DNA from: Haliotis cracherodii
Taxonomy: Eukaryota
Direction: 5' to 3'
Assembly (NCBI RefSeq): GCF_022045235.1
Contig: NW_027266269.1
Location: forward strand, 5,332,001 to 5,396,000
Length of the DNA stretch: 64,000 nt
The notes beneath the pieces are model-generated. The model had not been told where the DNA came from. It did no database searches and saw only the letters and a list, made by a program, of their open reading frames with translations. Positions within the stretch are counted from its first letter, which is position 1, and the number at the start of each line of letters is the position of its first letter. Positions 1 through 12,424 of the stretch are shown in pieces. The translations under genes were made by a program, and so were the position numbers.

Positions 1-126
1 TACAAACAAGGGAAAAGTCTGGTCACGTGATATGCAAATTAGCCTGTGGCGGTGGTGTTATGCTGAGGCAGCACTGTGCCGGAGTGTGACTGACTCCGCG
101 TGCCGGTGCGGAAGCTCCATCCCTAC

Positions 127-196
127 CTTGCTGATGGCGATGTATCTGTGGGTGTTCTTGAAGTATGCAACTCGCTGTATCACGTCCTTGTGAGGG
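127..196 (-). CDS. WDR49: WDR49-like gene, coding exon 5 (S-PHKDVIQRVAYFKNTHRYIAISK); gene continues off the left edge
   Basis: AG acceptor (plus-strand ct 197-198), GT donor (plus-strand ac 125-126); phase matches exon 4; peptide resembles my recollection of WDR49 ([22 protein letters not shown]). Confidence 0.85.
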
Positions 197-411
197 CTGC
201 AGAAGAAAACACAGAGGTCAATACATTTATAAGAGAGGGAGTTGCGTTTTACACGCTGTTAGCAATATTCCACAAATATCCCATCGGGGGACACCACAAA
301 TGGGCTTCCAACATTGTACCCATGTGGGAATCGAACCAGAGTCTTCCACATGACGAGAGAACCCTTTTATAACTAAAATTCTAACCCTGACTCCACACAG
401 GGTTAATACTA

Positions 412-746
412 TACCGTATTGGACATAATAAGCGCCCCACTCTAATAAGCGGCCATGGCGATATTTGCTAATATATTGGCAAGTGAACAATCACAATTAG
501 CACCCCTTCCGATTAATCAATGTACACAAGACTTATTTATTCGTGTATAATACGCACTCGTGTGTTATATCACCCTTAATTATGGGCAATTCAATTCTTG
601 AAACATATCTGTCGTATGTAAACATTTCAGGCTGTTAGCATAAACCACAAAATTTACCATCTTTCAACTCAAAATATTATTCTAATAAGTGCCCCCTCTT
701 TCTAATTTTGAGAGCGCCCTGGGCACTTATGACGTTGAATACGGTA
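412..746. mobile_element. MITE with TACCGTA termini (Tc1/pogo-like, non-autonomous)
   Basis: TACCGTATT...AATACGGTA ends with imperfect longer inverted similarity (ataagcgccc / gggcacttat). Confidence 0.55.
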
Positions 747-993
747 CTTCTTTGTGTGGATTTCCGATAAACTAAGAAATATAACTACAATGGCAACAGA
801 CTTTGACATTAAATAGCACCTTAACTGTTTCGTAGAAATAAACATTTTCAACTAAACAGTCGGGCCATATCAAAAGTCATTGGCATTTGGTTAGGCGATA
901 AAAATTGATTTGCTAGATTATCATCCCTGTCCAACTCACAACTACAGCTGTAAACTGGTCTACAAGCAACTCTCAGTGCGTGCTCGCTATTTT

Positions 994-1433
994 GACAAGA
1001 GTTTGCCACAAACGTGGCTATATCCCCCGCCCAGTGCAGAATTTATGACATAAATAAATCTAAACAAACCCTAACCTTTTTTAACCGAGGTGGAATTTGT
1101 TATGGAAATGGCAAAAAAAAGAAGAGTTTGGAACCTGAGTCCATCTTGCTGCCATGGAAACCTAAAAAAAAAAAAATTCTAAAATTTCTAAATAGCAAAA
1201 GGCACCAGTTCAGCATGGACCTGACAGACCTGCAAAGTTTGATGAAAAAACATCGAACGGTTTCTGGTTTATGCTCTGGAAACGAACCCTACCTTCACAA
1301 AACCTAAGTCAATCTTGCATTGTCCATCCAAGATATTGAACGGTTTATGAGTTTAGCTCCGGAAACGAAACATGACGGACAGACGAAGCCCGTTTCTATA
1401 TCCCCCGCCAACTTTGTTGGACGTGGGATAAAA
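994..1433 (+). mobile_element. Helentron-associated (HINE)-like non-autonomous element
   Basis: Starts ACAAGAG; repeated TATATCCCCCGCC near both ends; GACG microsatellite; terminal hairpin tcccccgccaac..gttggacgtgggata followed by an A run. Confidence 0.45.
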
Positions 1434-1513
1434 AGGAATAAAAAGCATCCCTCCTACTTTGGAAAAAAAGTGGCTGTGAAGGTAACAATAATTTCATTAC
1501 GGCCTTAATGGGA

Positions 1514-2438
1514 GCAGCTATTTCTAACCCTGTTCCTAGCACCTGGACTTTACCTGGGCAGAGACTTGAGATCCCTCCACTGGGGCAGCTATTTCTAACC
1601 CTGTTCCTAGCACCCCGGCTTTACCTGGGCAGAGACTTGAGATCCCTCCACCGGGGCAGCTATTTCTAACCCTGTTCCTAGCACCTGCGCTTTACCTGGG
1701 AAGAGACTTGAGATCCCTCCACTGGGGCAGCTATTTCTAACCCTGTTCCTAGCACCCCGGCTTTACCTGGGAAGAGACTTGAGATCCCTCCACTGGGGCA
1801 GCTATTTCTAACCCTGTTCCTAGCACCTGGACTTTACCTGGGCAGAGACTTGAGATCCCTCCACCGGGGCAGCTATTTCTAACCCTGTTCCTAGCACCTG
1901 CGCTTTACCTGGGCAGAGACTTGAGATCCCTCCACTGGGGCAGCTATTTCTAACCCTGTTCCTAGCACCCCGGCTTTACCTGGGAAGAGACTTGAGATCC
2001 CTCCACTGGGGCAGCTATTTCTAACCCTGTTCCTAGCACCTGGACTTTACCTGGGCAGAGACTTGAGATCCCTCCACTGGGGCAGCTATTTCTTACCCTG
2101 TTCCTAACACCCCGGCTTTACCTGGGCAGAGACTTGAGATCCCTCCACTGGGGCAGCTATTTCTAACCCTGTTCCTAGCACCTGCGCTTTACCTGGGAAG
2201 AGACTTGAGATCCCTCCACTGGGGCAGCTATTTCTAACCCTGTTCCTAGCACCTGCGCTTTACCTGGGAAGAGACTTGAGATCCCTCCACTGGGGCAGCT
2301 ATTTCTAACCCTATTCCTAGCACCTGGGCTTACCTGGGAAGAGACTTGAGATCCCTCCACTGGGGCAGCTATTTCTAACCCTGTTCCTAGCACCCCGGCT
2401 TTACCTGGGCAGAGACTTGAGATCCCTCCACTGGGGCA
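1514..2438. repeat. 71-bp minisatellite, about 13 copies, each containing the 3' end of WDR49 exon 4 plus its splice donor
   Basis: ttACctggg recurs at 1552, 1623, 1694, 1765 ... 2403 (period 71, one unit 70). Confidence 0.97.
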
Positions 2439-2559
2439 CCTGCGTGGACTTGACGCGGTCGTCGCGCTCGTAGAACTCCAGCAGCATGTGAGAGGCGAAC
2501 TTGTCCCAGTCCACCGTCCCCTCCCGTGTCACGTCGATCTTGTCAAACAGTTCCGCATA
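2405..2559 (-). CDS. WDR49: WDR49-like gene, coding exon 4, EF-hand-like (YAELFDKIDVTREGTVDWDKFASHMLLEFYERDDRVKSTQVPQWRDLKSLP)
   Basis: 155 nt with canonical AG/GT; EF-hand loop DVTREGTVDWDKF; closely resembles the WDR49 N-terminus. Confidence 0.9.
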
Positions 2560-3086
2560 CTGAAACACACAGACATCACACACTTGACAGCTCTGTAGAG
2601 ATGAATTACAACTACTCAACATCCCAGAGTTGTAACTCCAATCTGCTAGTGGTTGGTGGACGGGTCACTTGTTACAAAGGAAATCCAGCTAGGGTCAGAG
2701 CAGGTTTTTTTTGTTTTTTGTTGTTGTTTAATGCTGCACTCATCAATATTCCAGCTACATGGCGGCGGTCTGTATATAATTGAGTCTAGACTTGACAATC
2801 CAGTGATTGACATCATTGATTGATCTTACGACAAGCGTAGTCGCCGTTTACAGCAAGCATGGGTTGCTGAAGACCTATTCTACCCCGGATCTTCTTGGGT
2901 CGGTCATAGCAGTGAGTCTATTGGGTTCTATGCTGATTTTAGCAATATTTCAGCAATAGTACAGCCGGGGACATCAGAAATGGGCATCACTCAGGGAGGG
3001 AGGGAGGCAGGGAGGGAGGGAGGCAGGCAGGCAGAGATAGAGAGAGACCCTTAATCAGCTCGAGAGTGATACAGAGAGACACTTAC

Positions 3087-3182
3087 CTCTTCTCTCGACC
3101 CCTTCCTCAGCAGGAGAGACAGAGCCTCACAGAACTGGGCCTTGTTGAGACTGAGACGGTTGTCGTAACCCTCGCCCTCCAT
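3087..3182 (-). CDS. WDR49: WDR49-like gene, coding exon 3 (MEGEGYDNRLSLNKAQFCEALSLLLRKGSREE)
   Basis: 96 nt, phase 0/0, CAG acceptor, GTAAGT donor, in frame with exons 2 and 4. Confidence 0.85.
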
Positions 3183-3719
3183 CTGCAGACAACACAACAT
3201 TATATTCACCATAACCATGTCCTTTCATTCGTTATGCAGATATACAAGACCTACTTTATACCAAATATTGTATCAAATCCATATGCCGGTAGTATTCTTA
3301 TTATTATCTCACCTCCATGTCAGAATGATGAGATCTGTTTGGTCCATGTGATAAAATAATATGTATCTCGTCTTGGAGGGAAATAAATTGTTTAGAGGGT
3401 GAATAAATCCCTTATACCCCGCCATGAGCAAGTCAGGCTGCATGTTGATTTCTGACAGAATAAATCCCTTATGCTCCGTTTTGAAGCAAAAAGATGGCCG
3501 CATTTCCCGACACAATGGAAGTCACGTGATATAGAGCAAGTTAATCTCAGCTCAATCGAATATCTGTTTTCTATCAATTTTGAATTTGTTGTATTCTTTT
3601 GTAAGGTCATATCAAAACATGTGTCCCTCGTTAGGTCTTATACCAATCATCTCTGGCTCATATTAAACACTGTGTATCCCTCGTGATCCTGCTACAACTT
3701 ATAATGTACATATTTTAAA

Positions 3720-3985
3720 TGAGTGAGTGCGTGAGTTGGGTTTAACGTCGCTTTTAACAGTATTCCAGTTATATCACGGCGTGTCAGCTTAATGTGGGAG
3801 GAGAGCCCGAAGTGATGCAGGCCTCAGACGTTTACCACTTCGGTGAAACCCACGAGCATGGGTATGGTGCTGACAACCTAGAAACAAAATCGGGGCAAAC
3901 CGGGATTCAAACCCACGATCATAGGTTTCTGACGTGCCCAAGGGACGCAACTCTGCACAGCGAATCGCGGCACCTTAGACCCCCC
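3720..3985 (-). mobile_element. tRNA-derived SINE family 4 (long head, TCGGGCT-TCCTCCCAC body, ACTC tail)
   Basis: Reverse-complement homolog of 15052-15318 and 28911-29190. Confidence 0.75.
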
Positions 3986-4066
3986 TTTTTTTATATGAAA
4001 CACTGACAACAAGTCAGTCTTATTAGCATCTTGTTACTGTTGTGTATTGAGATGAAGATGGTCTAC

Positions 4067-4145
4067 CATGAAGTTTCCCTGGAGACGCTCCAAGTCCTTC
4101 ATGTTCAGCCTGTTCTCCAGCTTCTGATCCTGGGGTATCACCTTC
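4067..4145 (-). CDS. WDR49: WDR49-like gene, coding exon 2 (R-KVIPQDQKLENRLNMKDLERLQGNFM)
   Basis: 79 nt, AG/GT boundaries, phases (2 then 0) fit both neighbours. Confidence 0.8.
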
Positions 4146-4204
4146 CTGTAACCATAGCAACACACACATCACTTTGAGGACAAAGAACAACTGTCAAGTT
4201 ATAG

Positions 4205-5155
4205 AGTCACATTCCACAAAGCAATCTTAGCGCTAAGACAATCATATCATTCCTACGTTACCACTGACTTACGACAGACATAGAGCTGAGACAGCCTTTC
4301 TAAAACAGCTCTGGACCCTGTTCCACAAAGCAATCTTAGCGCTAAGACAATCATATCGTTCCTACGTTTCCACTGACTTACGACAGCCATAGAGCTGAGA
4401 CAGCCTTTCTAAAACAGCTCTGGACCCTGTTCCACAAAGCAATCTTAGCGATAAGACGATCATATCTTTCCTACGTTACCACTGACTTACGACAGCCATA
4501 GAGCTGAGACAGCCTTTCTTAAACAGCTCTGGACCCTGTTCCACAAAGCAATCTTAGCGCTAAGACAATCATATCGTTCCTACGTTACCACTGACTTACG
4601 ACAGCCATGGAGCTGAGACAGCCTTTCTTACGACAGCCATAGAGCTGAGACAGCCTTTCTTAAACAGCTCTGGACCCTGTTCCACAAAGCAATCTTAGCG
4701 CTAAGACAATCATATCGTTCCTACGTTACCACTGACTTACGACAGCCATGGAGCTGAGACAGCCTTTCTTACGACAGCCATAGAGCTGAGACAGCCTTTC
4801 TTAAACAGCTCTGGACCCTGTTCCACAAAGCAATCTTAGCGCTAAGACAATCATATCGTTCCTACGTTACCACTGACTTACGACAGCCATGGAGCTGAGA
4901 CAGCCTTTCTTACGACAGCCATAGAGCTGAGACAGCCTTTCTTAAACAGCTCTGGACCCTGTTCCACAAAGCAATCTTAGCGCTAAGACAATCATATCTT
5001 TCCTTCGTTACCACTGACTTACGTCAGTCGTAGGGCTGAAAGAGCCTTTATAATAGAGCTCTGGGCCCCATTCTACAAGCCAATATTGGTGCAAAGACGA
5101 TCGTAACTCCCTATGTTACCACTGACTCATGCCAGTCGTAGAGCTGAGACAGGCT
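4205..5155. repeat. Tandem array of 109-bp and ~140-bp units derived from a Harbinger-type MITE
   Basis: ttccacaaagcaatcttagcgctaagac at 4212, 4321, 4430, 4539, then ~140-bp spacing; unit is similar to the solo MITE at 41489-41595. Confidence 0.9.
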
Positions 5156-5419
5156 TAATTTATATAACAGCCTTGATTGTACATAAGTCTCTTGAGGTAT
5201 CAAGTAAAATATCCTTCAAAACATCACACATGTTAACATATTTTTACATTATCTGGAAAGATACTTGGCTGCTGATGTCCACCATGAATTCTGAGATAAA
5301 TTCTAATATAATATGTTCTTTGAATTCCATATACCGTATTCACCATTACAAACGGCTAAGGGTGGGGGCTTACTAATGCCATACACAGAATTAAATCTGA
5401 TCACAAAGATTGAGCGGTA

Positions 5420-6330
5420 GTGGTTGGTTGGTATCGCTAGAGTTTTACAGGCCTTTGACCACAGAAGATGTGATGAAAAGACAATGCCCAAGTATTTATA
5501 ATACGTTACTATTTTCATTTCTGTATTTTATTGTACCAATTTTCAATTCGTTTAATAACACCACCATTTCGGAATACAATTATATTTGATTTATCCATCA
5601 GAGCTCCAGATAAGCTTTTGGTGCTGTGGGTATTTTACCCATGCATTTTAAAATCATTGGGTATCAGTAATTCTGTCTGCGTATTCAAATTTCTGTTACC
5701 CACTAGTTTTTACACATGTGGGTATTTAAGTTAAATATTTTAAAACACTATTCATTTAGTCCCTGCAAACTGGTGTCGTGTGGGTTCGAGAGCTTTATAG
5801 GACTCAAAAATACCAGGATACTTCCACAAGAAAGTGTGATGGCAAATGATCATGATGTAACTGTCATCGTGGAGTTTGGCAAGGTTGAGGGAATGCCCGT
5901 TTTTTTCAAAATAGGTTGCTGATTTGCTAATCGAATACGCAGGGTTACTTCACAATATTTTGATGATACGCACAAGTTTTATTTTTGTAGCGTATCTGTA
6001 ATGTTCGTTGCGTATTTGATACGCTTGGATTATATTTTACTGTGTATTTCTGCATTTCTGATGCGTATTTTACGCAGTTACGCAGCTTATCTGGAGCTCT
6101 GTCCATATTGACTTCCAGAAACCAAGTATCACAAAAAGATTCCCCATTTATCTAATTTTCTCTGTAACTTAATTACAGAGTAAGCTCCTAAGACAATGTC
6201 ATTCGCAAAAAGCAACAATTGATTTCATCAATAATATCATTCACAAAAATACCTTCCGTATACACTATTATCTAAATCTATAGCAAGTTGGTTTATAATG
6301 AATATAAATAACAAAGGGCTTAACATACAA
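5420..6330 (-). pseudogene. Degenerate non-LTR retrotransposon reverse-transcriptase fragment (CR1/RTE-X-like), interrupted by a MITE and adjoining a SINE
   Basis: Reads LLFANDIVL...FLEVNMD|KSNIIVFRNGG...IVTYYKYLGIVFSS across the MITE junction. Confidence 0.75.
5599..6101. mobile_element. Non-autonomous DNA transposon with 16-bp TIR CAGAGCTCCAGATAAG and 5-bp TSD TCCAT
   Basis: Perfect TIRs; TCCAT at 5594-5598 and 6102-6106; removing it rejoins the RT reading frame. Confidence 0.85.
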
Positions 6331-6818
6331 CCCTGTCGGACTCCATAGGTTGGTTGGTTGGTTGGTTGGTTGGTTAACGCCACACTCAGCAATATTCCAG
6401 CTGTATGACAGCAGTCTGTAAATAATTGAGTCTGGACCAGACAATCCAGTGATTGATATCACGAGCATCAATCCATGCAATAGGGATTGATGGCATGCTT
6501 CAACCAAGTCAGCAAGCCTGACCACCCGATCCCGTTAGTCACAACTTAGTTGAAATGTAAATGTAGCTTAAACATTTTTCAATAAAATCTCACAAGGCAT
6601 TTATGTGCCCATTTTCTGTAACAAAATCAGTAAAATCAAACTTGGGCTTGGACGATACACCAAATGTACGATACGATACGTATCACAATGGTTCCTCGTG
6701 ATCCGAGATGAGGCTAATTTTTTTTCATAGACAGGATGACCAAATATGTGGCAAACTGATGATTTACATTTGGCAGCGTCAAGTATGGCACAATGGATGA
6801 AAAAACTTACGTTTTCAC

Positions 6819-7280
6819 TAGGGCTGTTATGATTCACTCGCGTATTAGGTGAATCGAACCGTAACCATTCATGAATTGAATTAATTATACATAGCCACTA
6901 GAATCGAATATTGATGAATATGCTATCATATATATTTACATACCCTGTACCTAAAAATATCCATAACGACATATTATATGCATAGATTATTTCAATGACA
7001 ACACTCTCATAATATTTAATTTGATAGTATTGTTTTCACTGGTCATTGTCGCATTTGAGCAGATACTAGTACCTGGATAAGTGCAGTATATAAATGTATA
7101 ATTTATTAATAATTAACAAACCATGTCAAATAAATTATGTTGTTATTGTTTCTCTGAATATAATAAATAATACATAAACTGCTGACTTGTTATGGTAATT
7201 GTTAATTAATATTCGTATTCGTTACCCTATATTTGAGATATGAATCGTATTCGCCTCATAGTGTATTCGTTGCAGCCCTA
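6819..7280. mobile_element. hAT-type MITE (TAGGGCTG termini, 8-bp TSD GTTTTCAC)
   Basis: TSD at 6811-6818 and 7281-7288; TAGGGCTG...CAGCCCTA ends. Confidence 0.85.
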
Positions 7281-8105
7281 GTTTTCACCACTAATTTTCA
7301 CTACTACCAATTAGTGTTTGGTGTTGTATTTAGTTATTAAAGCAAACACTGACAGGTCGTCATGTACATTTTCTATCTTTGTAGTGGGCACTCATAACGA
7401 TTTCTTGAAGATTGTTCAAGAAGTTGGTCAGTGTGCGTGGATATGTTTGTCGTAAAAGGCAACTAACGGGATCGAGTGGTCAGGCTCGCTGACTTGGTTG
7501 ATGCATGTCATGGTATCCCAAATCCGTGGATCGATGCTCCTGATGTCAATCACGGGATTTGTCTGGTCCAGACTCGATTATTCACAGCTCGCCATCATAT
7601 AGCTGGAATATTGCTGAGTGCGGCGTTAAACAACAAACCAACTGTAGTCATTTCAAATATTTCATCAGGTATAACTGAAATGTGAATATTTCACAACCTA
7701 ACCTGGATTTATTCATCCCTACATCATTTTCAATCTTTTTGGATGCAGATATGAATTTAAAACAAATAGATTGTTTTGTTACACAGAACCCAAAAGCTAT
7801 GGCAGGGTGAACGAACTGGCATGTAGAATTAATGTGTGTGATGACAACCAACTTAACTGCTTCGGGTATTCTGCCGATGACAAGAGAATTTACTGAGCCA
7901 AAATCATAAAGACTATTTAGATTCTACTTTAATAAATATTCTTACAAACATAAATATTTTTAGGAAAAATATAAGTGAGGAATAGTGACACGTCCCCTAA
8001 CAAGTAGGCCTACACATTTTGGAAGTGGCATTCCCTGTAACGTCCATTTATTAACATGGTCATAGAAAAAGTATGTTGCAATAGGCCCATGTTGGCATGT
8101 ACAAT

Positions 8106-8228
8106 CACAGGACCATGTAACTAATAATAACAATATCAAAACTCGCAAAAAAATCGCAGTGGAGGCCAAAGGCTCTTGGCCTCGTCTGCGAGTTTTTTTG
8201 TTATTATTATTAGTTACATGGTCCTGTG
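8106..8228. mobile_element. Short fold-back MITE (CACAGG termini, 7-bp TSD GTACAAT), P-element-like
   Basis: About 40-bp inverted arms; GTACAAT at 8099-8105 and 8229-8235. Confidence 0.75.
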
Positions 8229-8327
8229 GTACAATGAAACAACACTTTATTTATGCGCAAAGACATCTGTCGATTGAATGAAACAAATGCAAAGCGTCAT
8301 CATAACTGTTATTACGCTTCCACCTAC

Positions 8328-8419
8328 CTTTCCTGTCTCTCCGGGCTCTTGCTTGAGTCCATGTCTTTAGTTGACCGTGTCGGACTTGAGTTGGTCGACA
8401 TTCTGGCCGTTTCACTCAT
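8328..8419 (-). CDS. WDR49: WDR49-like gene, first coding exon (MSETARMSTNSSPTRSTKDMDSSKSPERQE)
   Basis: ATG in AAGATGA context, 92 nt ending AG|GTAGGT, phase 2 matches exon 2; CpG-rich surroundings. Confidence 0.75.
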
Positions 8420-9199
8420 CTTCCCGATGTACGGCTAGATATTCTCCCACCTGGACGCCCGTCTTCTATGTCATCTAAGTATCTCGAGATGGTATCTACC
8501 TCGTATCAATCGCACAGGGCATGTCACATGTTGGTTTGTTTACACTGTCAGTGTTCCCGTTCTTTCAATGATTGAATAGCGGCCGTCGCCATTTGTAAAT
8601 CTTCCGTGTTGCCAGGTGCACCGAATACTGTTTGTGGCACAACTGCTGTTAATTAATTTCAAATAATTACACAATATTCTATAATCTCGCGTTATTTATG
8701 TTGTAATATTAGTTATTAAAACAACGTATTGAGGATACAATTTATTTTTTTATTTGCAACGTATAATATGTAAGGAAAAAAACAGTTTAGGTAAATGCTG
8801 GTGAATAAACTGTAAGTAGTTGCGTCTTGTGTAAACAGGTGCCCGAAGTTGCGCTTTCGTGAGTGAGAGGCTCTGTTTTTATGCCGAATGTGGATTTATT
8901 TATCGTATCGTAACCAGTATTCCAATGATAATCAGTTAGGTACCGACAATTTACACAAATAGCTGAATACGCTGAACATAAATTAAATAATTCATATCTT
9001 GAAAATAACAGAATAACGCTGATAAGGTATTATACGTCCAAAACGATCTGATAAATTTGGTAAAAACAAAAAAAATCATTGTAAGAAACTTATAAACAAA
9101 AATATGAAATGTGTGTTGACAAAGATGTAGCGCCTGTAACTGCAGTCTGTGATATATTATAAGTATACAAATAAATGATCGACACGCAGAATATCTATC

Positions 9200-9287
9200 A
9201 ATCTCATTAAAATCAGATCTTAGTTCGCGCTGCAGCTAAACATTTGTTTAGCGGTAGCTAGAACTAAGATCTGATTTTAATGAGATT
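9200..9287. repeat. 88-bp near-perfect palindrome (probable tiny MITE)
   Basis: aatctcattaaaatcagatcttagttc / gaactaagatctgattttaatgagatt. Confidence 0.8.
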
Positions 9288-10419
9288 AAATATCTTGATG
9301 ATATGTATGGTCTCTGATATAAGATTATTAATCAAATAGAATAAATTAATTGAACATGAAAATTTGAAACAACATTTTAAATAAACAAATTTTGAAATAA
9401 TTAGAAATAATCAATCTAATTGAAAAGATCAATCAAATTTGAACTCTAATTCGCCAATTAACCAATTCAAAAGTAACTAAATTTACAACTGTAAGAAAAC
9501 TAAAGGACCATAAATTAAAATAGTGTGTAACTCTCAAACTTGGAGAACTTAAATCTATTCAACCGTTTTGCTAAATGCTGACATTCAGTGCCATGTTTTT
9601 TAAATCAAACTACATATAACCTTTGAAAACTTCATAAAATGTATCATTCTTCTTTCTGGAAGTGTATTAATTATGGAGAACCCTTTTCCCTAATATCATT
9701 GAAAATATACATATTCGCTTTATAAAACTATGGAGAGATTATTGCCCTCGTATGCTTTCGTAGTTTGAAGTAGAGTTTATACTTTGTTTGTTTGTTTGTT
9801 GTTTAACGCCGCACTCAGCAATATCCCAGCTATATGACGGCGGTCTGAAAAATAATCGAGTCTGGACCAGACAATCCAGTGATTGACATCATGATCATCA
9901 TCCATGCAATTGGTTGGTTGGTTGGTTGGTTGGTTGTTTAACGCCGCACTCAGTAATATTCCAGCTATATGACGGCGGTCTGTAAATAATCGAGTCTGGA
10001 CCAGACAATCCAGTGATTGATATCACGAGCATCGATCCACGCAATTGGGATCGATGACATGCATCAACCAAGTCAGCGAGCCTGACCACCCGATCCCGTT
10101 AGTCGCCTTTAACGACAAGCATAGTCACCTTTTACGGCAATCATGGGTTGCAGTTGGGATATGATGACATGCATCAACCAAGTCAGCAAGCCTGACAACC
10201 CGATCCCGTTAGTCGCCTCTTACGACAAGCATAGTCGCCTTTTACGGCAAGCATGGGTTGCTGAAGACCTATTCTATCCCGGATCTTCAGGTTTATACTT
10301 GTTGCATAGATTGGGGTGCAGTGAAGTGGAAATGCTCTTTGGTACACAAAGCGTACGTAAAATCCCCCGCTTTGTATAATTGCCACAGGTGAATGTTTAG
10401 GTATCACCAGATGGGTGTG

Positions 10420-11145
10420 TAATTGTCACCAAATTATTGTATAATTGTCACTAGAGTATTTGTCTAATTGTCTGATTGTGCCATTGATACCAGATGATTT
10501 TGTCATTGCCACATGTGATTATATAACTGTCGCCAGCTGACTTTGTAATTATCACATGTGATTGTGTAATTCTCCTTTTTATTGTAATTGCCACGGTTGA
10601 TTCTGTAATTGTCACAAGTGATTGTGTTATTGTCACAAGTGATTCTGTAACTGTCACAAGTGATTGTGTCATTGTCATCAGTGATTGTGTTATTGTCATA
10701 AGTGATTCTGTAACTGTCACAAGTGATTGTGTTATTGTCATCAGTGATTGTGTCATTGTCACAAGTGATTCTGTAACTGTCACAAGTGATTGTGTCATTG
10801 TCACAAGTGATTCTGTGATTGTCACAAGTTATTGTGTCATTGTCACTAGCGATCCTGTAATTGTCACAAGTGATTGTGTAATTGTCACGGGTGATTCTGT
10901 GATTGTCACAAGTTATTGTGTCTAGGCATTAGCGAATCTGTAATTGTCACAAGTGATTCTGTGATTGTCACAAGTGATTCTGTGATTGTCACAAGTGATT
11001 CTGTGATTGTCACAGATGATTGTGTATTTGCCACAGGTGATTGTGAAATTGTCACAAGTGATTGTGTCATTGTTACAAGTGATTCTGTAATTGTCACAGA
11101 TAATTGTCACAGATAATTGTTAAATTGTCACAGGTATTTGTGTAA
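10420..11145. repeat. 21-bp minisatellite (tgtcacaagtgattctgtgat-like), about 30 degenerate copies
   Basis: Visible 21-nt periodicity; produces the 7-residue repeat ORFs in the ORF track. Confidence 0.92.
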
Positions 11146-11755
11146 TACATACTGAATCTGTCCACATCACTTGCTCTTCATCAGCCCGCCGTGATATTGC
11201 TGGAATATTGCTAAAAGCGGCGTAAAACCACACTCACTCATTCACTCACTCACTCTTGACCAGACTGCTTGTACATAACTCCAAGGAGGGAATTGAATGT
11301 AAATAAATAAGACCGCGCTATTACTGCTATAACTGATGTGGACATTTTACACACAATGTCGTTTCTGAGCGCCACCAAACACCCAACTCTACACCCGAAC
11401 GGGAGATCCATAGAAGGGATATACAATTTGTGTTCTGTGTGGGTTTCCTTTTGTTAATAAATGACATAAATCTGAGCTGTGTTAGAAAACTGACATCTGA
11501 TTGGCTCAAGAAACCACGCATCCTTCATTTTGATTTGGCGGTCAAAGGTCACTCATGGTTCACCAGAAGTGACCTGTGGATGACCACTGGATGTTTCGTC
11601 AGATCTTCACACAGAAAGGTATCATATCGAAACTGAACATAGGATCTTAACTCTTGCGGTTCAGTGTTACCCCATATGTGCCCAGATTACCTAACGGACT
11701 CACAAGCAAGCACTCTCCACCGAGAGCCTTACGATCTGCTGACAAACATCTACTG

Positions 11756-12012
11756 ACCCGTGAAGATTCCGGGGTAGAATAGGTCTTCAGCAACCCATGC
11801 TTGCCGTAAAAGGTGACTATGCTTGTCGTAAAAGGCGACTAACAGGATCGGGTGGTCAGGCTCGCTGACTTGATGCTCATGATAATAATCACTGGATTGT
11901 CTGGTCTAGACTCGATTATTTACAGACCGCCGTCATATAGCTGGAATATTGCTGAGTGCGGCGTTAAACAACAAACAAACAAACAAACAAACAAACAAAC
12001 AAAACAAACAAA
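11756..12012 (+). mobile_element. SINE-like family 2 (no tRNA head, structured 5' end, AAAC tail); more than 20 full or partial copies, e.g. 2705-2900, 9785-10290, 15370-15648, 22750-23020, 37020-37280, 48022-48290, 61633-61888
   Basis: Recurrent ACCCGTGAAGAT...GTCGTAAGAGGCGACTAACGGGATCGGGTGGTCAGG...GCTGGAATATTGCTGAGTGCGGCGTTAAAC(AAAC)n on both strands. Confidence 0.9.
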
Positions 12013-12424
12013 CATCTACTAACTGACCCCAGAAGGAATCTGAACTCTTTGGCCAGAACTTCTCTGGAAGAAACTCCCGCTAGAAATCAAACTGGCACCA
12101 TCCTTGGACCATTTCGAGAAACTGATTAAAACACCTTTTCCGAAAGTACTACGAGTGAGTGAGTGAGTATGGTTTCACGCCGCTTTTAGCAATATTCCAG
12201 CAATATCACGGCGGGGGACACCAGAAATGGGCTTCACACATTGTACCCATGTCGGGAATCGAACCCGGGTTTTCGGCGTGACGAGCCAGTGCTTTAACCA
12301 CAAGGCTACCCGACCGCCCCGAAAGTGCTACGAGGTTTTTGGCCAGTGAATGCTTCACGTCGTTGCTCCCATTACTATAATTATCATTTATCCCCTCACA
12401 CTTTGCGTTCGTCTGTTTTTCGTT

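Noticed and set aside
1514-2438. CRISPR-like array (also 31556-32415, 40045-40552)
   Set aside because: Contiguous tandem units with no unique spacers, eukaryotic context, no cas genes
8608-8621. RFX X-box upstream of the ciliary gene (GTTGCCAGGTGCAC)
   Set aside because: Only one half-site matches well; plausible but too weak to call
10451-11116. Thr/Ser/Val-rich repeat proteins (mucin or antifreeze-like)
   Set aside because: Open frames occur on both strands because the unit is 21 bp; no splice or start context supports a gene
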